A stretch of 64,000 nucleotides of DNA. Source: Phoronis australis (Eukaryota; Animalia; Phoronida). Shown here piece after piece: positions 63,181 through 64,000 of the stretch. The stretch is taken from NCBI GenBank assembly GCA_002633005.1, contig NMRA01000560.1, positions 203,123 through 267,122 on the forward strand, read 5' to 3'. The notes beneath the pieces were generated by a model that was not told the origin of the DNA, did not search any database, and saw only the letters and a list, made by a program, of their open reading frames with translations. The stretch's first letter is position 1. Every line of letters begins with the position of its first letter. A program made the position numbers and the translations under genes.

Positions 63181-64000
63181 TTTTTCAATGGTAAATCGTA
63201 TCTTTAAAACACTTGAAGCTGTTAATCGATACTTTCATGTTAGAAAAATGAAAAAAAAAGAAAATAGGTGAACGTGTGCTTGTCATGATGCACACTTGTT
63301 CGTGTTCTAACATTCACTTTGGTAATCCTCAGTCACCAGGACGTACTGCCACCACTTTTGTTACTTCGACTTGATGTGACATTACGTTGAGCATGTGCAC
63401 TGAAGCTGCAGAACCATCGTTAATGGGTGAGTGAATGCACAACTAAGGAATTTGAGGCACATTACCTATCCTATGATTAGGTTTTAGAATTCGTCTTTAA
63501 TGGTTATGTCTTCACTAAAGTTGAACAAACATGAAGTTAAGCACCAATACCTGCAGTTACGAATTTGAAGTATATTTTTAACTGTTCCGTTAAGTTTAAT
63601 AAGTACTCGCCTGCTCGTCAAGCGGCTCATTAATAATTAAGCCACTGGCAAGGTCTGTGCAACGCCACCAGATTTTAAATTTAAAAATGTTTTGTTACCA
63701 CATCACCAACTCAAAGTAGTTTTTGGAAGATCCTTCTTCTTCTTCTTCTTCCGGTTTCAACAAAACGATAGAAGAACCAATCCTGATATGATGGCACATG
63801 TTAGTGATAAATTTGAACTATATGCATAACTGTGAAAATAACAACAAAACAAAGTGCGGGTTAGTGCCAGGATAAAACAAGTTTTATTATTTATAATTTA
63901 CTGAGTAAAATTGATTTTCGAGATGTGACTCGTGAACATCTCTACTGTTTCTAATGAAATGGTATGTTGTGAGAGTCTACTTGAGAGTAGATGGGAAGAA

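Overview
Eukaryotic, AT-rich, repeat-dense animal genomic DNA, probably a marine invertebrate (inferred from repeat types). It comes from a heterozygous draft assembly: most of the eight single-N joins are flanked by overlapping allelic copies. Host genes are two tandem intronless melatonin-receptor-like class A GPCRs (2604-3596, 8837-9856) and a spliced minus-strand RBM48 (exons from 53047 to 40243; first exon not found). The most striking object is a ~9.3 kb TIR element (22302-31558) with 49-bp CACCCC...GGGGTG TIRs and mirror-image GCGATCGRGAACG subterminal arrays. It carries two inward-facing spliced genes, each starting just inside a TIR. One is a decayed P-element-like DDE transposase with a YqaJ/lambda-exonuclease PD-(D/E)xK domain placed between its first two putative catalytic aspartates; the other is a five-finger C2H2 protein. 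The rest is Kolobok-like THAP relics, three families of Helentron-type non-autonomous elements (one nested, one present in only one haplotype), MITEs, and LINE, Penelope, Gypsy and SINE fragments. All family calls come from motif recognition by eye, not database searches.
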